From NCBI GenBank assembly GCA_041562555.1, contig JBFEXS010000042.1, positions 1-16,800 of the forward strand: DNA of 16,800 nt, written 5' to 3'. This document shows positions 14,530-16,800 of this stretch, piece after piece (position 1 is the stretch's first letter; the number at the start of each line of letters is the position of its first letter). Source of the stretch: Sulfurimonadaceae bacterium. GTDB lineage: Bacteria; Campylobacterota; Campylobacteria; Campylobacterales; Sulfurimonadaceae. The position numbers were made by a program, and so were the translations under genes. Below the pieces are notes generated by a model. That model had not been told where the DNA came from. It saw only the letters and a program-made list of their open reading frames with translations, and searched no databases.

Positions 14530-16407
14530 ATGAGTAAAGTTATTGGTATAGATTTAGGAACAACAAATTCATGTGTAGCAGTTTATGAAGGTGGTGAAGC
14601 AAAAATCATCCCTAATAAAGAGGGGAAGAACACTACTCCTTCGGTAGTTGCATTTACAGACAAGGGTGAAGTTCTTGTAGGTGATCCTGCAAAACGTCAA
14701 GCAATCACAAACCCGGACAAAACGATTTCATCAGTTAAGCGTATCATGGGTCTTATGATGGATGAGGAAAAAGCAAAAGAAGCACACGATAAAGTAACAT
14801 ACAATATCGTTGATAAAAATGGTATGGCTGCTGTTGACGTAGCCGGTACAGTATATACACCACAGGAGATCTCGGCAAAGATTCTTGCAAAATTGAAAGA
14901 AGATGCGGAGGCATATATCGGTGCAGAGGTTACAGATGCAGTTATTACGGTACCTGCATACTTTAATGATGCACAGCGTAAAGCGACACAAGAAGCAGGT
15001 GTAATCGCTGGCTTGAACGTGTTACGTATCATCAATGAACCAACGGCATCAGCATTGGCGTATGGTCTTGATTCTAAAGACGAAGAGACAGTATTGGTAT
15101 ATGACCTTGGAGGGGGTACATTTGATGTTACAACCCTTGAAATCTCTGATGGAACATTCGAAGTACTTTCAACGGATGGTAATGCCTTCTTGGGTGGAGA
15201 CGATTTTGATAACAAAATCGTTGACTTCCTGGCTGAAGAGTTCAAAAACTCTCAGGGTGTGGATCTTAAAAATGACAAGATGGCCTTACAACGTTTGAAA
15301 GACTCTGCTGAAAATGCGAAGAAAGAACTTTCATCTTCTCAAGAAACGGAGATTAACCTTCCGTTCATTACTATGACAGAAGCTGGACCACAGCACTTGG
15401 TGACGAAACTTACCCGTGCAAAATTTGAGGGTATGATCGAGAAGTTGGTAGATGAGACAATTGATCATATCAAAGTGGCTATGAAAGATGCAGACCTTGA
15501 CAAAGATGATATCAAAGAGATCATTATGGTCGGTGGTTCTACGCGTGTACCAAAAGCACAGGAAGCAGTATCTGCTTACTTCGGAGGTAAGAACCTTAAT
15601 AAAGGTGTGAACCCTGACGAAGTAGTCGCAGCGGGTGCCGCAATTCAAGGTGGGGTATTGCGTGGAGACGTCAAAGACGTTCTTCTTCTTGATGTTACAC
15701 CATTATCACTTGGTATTGAGACTCTTGGTGGTGTAATGACGAAGATCATTGAGAAAGGTACGACGATCCCGGTTAAGAAATCCCAAGTTTTCTCAACTGC
15801 GGAAGACAATCAGCCAGCAGTGTCTATCTCAGTTGGTCAAGGTGAACGTGAGTTTGCAAAAGACAACAAATCACTTGGTCTGTTTGAACTCAGCGGGATC
15901 CCGTCTGCACCTCGCGGTGTGCCTCAGATCGAGGTTACTTTTGATATCGATGCCAATGGTGTTCTTACGGTAACAGCGGCAGATAAAGCAACAGGTAAGT
16001 CTCAAGATATCAAGATCACAGGTTCATCAGGATTAAGTGAAGAAGAGATCGAGAAAATGGTTCAAGATGCTGAGAAAAACAAGGCTGAAGATGCTAAACG
16101 TAAAGAGATGGTAGATCTTAGAAATCAAGCAGACGCACTTGTCGCTCAGACTGAGAAGACGATGAATGAGATGGGTGATGAGATCGAAGCGGATGAGAAG
16201 TCTGCAATTGAGTCAGCAATCGCTGATCTTAAAGAGATCCTAAAAGATGACTCTGCAACAAAAGAGCAGATCGAAGAAAAAGTTAAAACATTAACAGAAG
16301 CTTCTCACAAGATGGCTGAAAAAGCATATGCTAAAGAGCAGGGTGAAGGTGCACCATCTGAAGCAAAAAAAGCTGACGATGACGTGATCGATGCAGAAAT
16401 TGAGTAA
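14530..16407 (+). CDS. dnaK: Molecular chaperone DnaK (Hsp70)
   Basis: Motifs [33 protein letters not shown] and [15 protein letters not shown]. Confidence 0.99.
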   Translation: MSKVIGIDLGTTNSCVAVYEGGEAKIIPNKEGKNTTPSVVAFTDKGEVLVGDPAKRQAITNPDKTISSVKRIMGLMMDEEKAKEAHDKVTYNIVDKNGMAAVDVAGTVYTPQEISAKILAKLKEDAEAYIGAEVTDAVITVPAYFNDAQRKATQEAGVIAGLNVLRIINEPTASALAYGLDSKDEETVLVYDLGGGTFDVTTLEISDGTFEVLSTDGNAFLGGDDFDNKIVDFLAEEFKNSQGVDLKNDKMALQRLKDSAENAKKELSSSQETEINLPFITMTEAGPQHLVTKLTRAKFEGMIEKLVDETIDHIKVAMKDADLDKDDIKEIIMVGGSTRVPKAQEAVSAYFGGKNLNKGVNPDEVVAAGAAIQGGVLRGDVKDVLLLDVTPLSLGIETLGGVMTKIIEKGTTIPVKKSQVFSTAEDNQPAVSISVGQGEREFAKDNKSLGLFELSGIPSAPRGVPQIEVTFDIDANGVLTVTAADKATGKSQDIKITGSSGLSEEEIEKMVQDAEKNKAEDAKRKEMVDLRNQADALVAQTEKTMNEMGDEIEADEKSAIESAIADLKEILKDDSATKEQIEEKVKTLTEASHKMAEKAYAKEQGEGAPSEAKKADDDVIDAEIE

Positions 16408-16443
16408 TTGGTTTCTGAGATCACATATTATTTATAAAACTTC

Positions 16444-16474
16444 AAATCTGACCTTTGGGTCAGATTTCCTTTTT
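16444..16474 (+). terminator. Intrinsic terminator after dnaK
   Basis: AAATCTGACC-TTTG-GGTCAGATTT is a perfect 10-bp stem followed by CCTTTTT, 36 nt after the dnaK stop. Confidence 0.85.
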
Positions 16475-16572
16475 ACACACAGATAATAATATTTTATAAT
16501 TTTTCTTTTCGGTTATCTGTTCGTTTTATAATCTATGATAATATAATTTAATATTTTAAAGAGGGTGAAATA

Positions 16573-16800
16573 ATGAAAATTACAACAATATTGGGATCTA
16601 TAGTTCTGCCATTGACACTGCTTTCTGCGCCGCTGCATGTTGCGGCTGAAAATGGTGATTTAGAGAAGGTTAAAGAACTTCTTCGAGACAATGCAGATAT
16701 TAATGCAAAAAATGAGGAGTTCGGTCAGACACCTCTTCAAGTTGCCGCATATAATGAAAATTCTGCTCTTGTGAAGTTTTTAGTCAGTGCCGGTGCTGAT
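16573..16800 (+). CDS. Ankyrin-repeat protein with probable signal peptide (3'-truncated by window)
   Basis: Reads MKITTILGSIVLPLTLLSA-PLHVAAENGDLEKVKELLRDNADINAKNEEFGQTPLQVAAYNENSALVKFLVSAGAD. Two ankyrin consensus repeats follow a hydrophobic N-terminus. GAGGG RBS at 16561. Confidence 0.88.
   Translation, partial: MKITTILGSIVLPLTLLSAPLHVAAENGDLEKVKELLRDNADINAKNEEFGQTPLQVAAYNENSALVKFLVSAGAD

Noticed and set aside
289..15648. Numerous minus-strand ORFs in the track (e.g. 289-849, 976-1587, 3084-3515, 10297-10836, 14697-15245)
   Set aside because: They lie antisense to well-supported genes, have shadow-ORF composition and show no recognisable motifs.
726..15973. Alternative-frame plus-strand ORFs (726-941, 9500-9907, 15035-15298, 15749-15973)
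   Set aside because: They are nested in conserved genes in another frame and have no protein motifs.
16408..16572. Missing dnaJ after dnaK
   Set aside because: dnaJ is commonly unlinked from dnaK in Campylobacterota, so this is not unusual.
1..16800. CRISPR arrays, tRNA/rRNA, transposases or integrases
   Set aside because: No spaced direct repeats, structural RNA signatures or recombinase motifs were seen, and the intergenic spaces are short.

Overview
AT-rich window, all supported genes on the + strand. The DnaK sequence and gene content suggest a Campylobacterota genome, most likely Sulfurimonas-like (from recall, not a search). Bases 1-13617 hold a chemosensory locus in which no product shows a transmembrane segment. 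Gene order is: stand-alone Aer/CetB-type PAS protein (partial), a sensor-less chemoreceptor with two signalling tips (DosM-like), triple CheW, CheB, HEAT-repeat protein, CheR, CheY, a small CheZ-like protein, a second CheY, and a long CheA. This core order matches F9-class clusters such as Vibrio cholerae cluster I. It is followed by a CheW interrupted by a zinc-binding CZB domain, a STAS-like protein, an orphan ParA, a response regulator with an unrecognised output region, and a small CxC...CxxH protein. Downstream are grpE-dnaK (no adjacent hrcA) under a sigma70-like promoter overlapped by three tandem HAIR-like (HspR) sites, a terminator, and the start of a probably secreted ankyrin-repeat protein. 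The most interesting hypothesis is a cytoplasmic array whose inputs come in trans from a flavin-type PAS protein and a CZB-bearing CheW, positioned by its own ParA. A 26-bp intergenic RNA hairpin whose three mismatches are all G-U wobbles also stands out.
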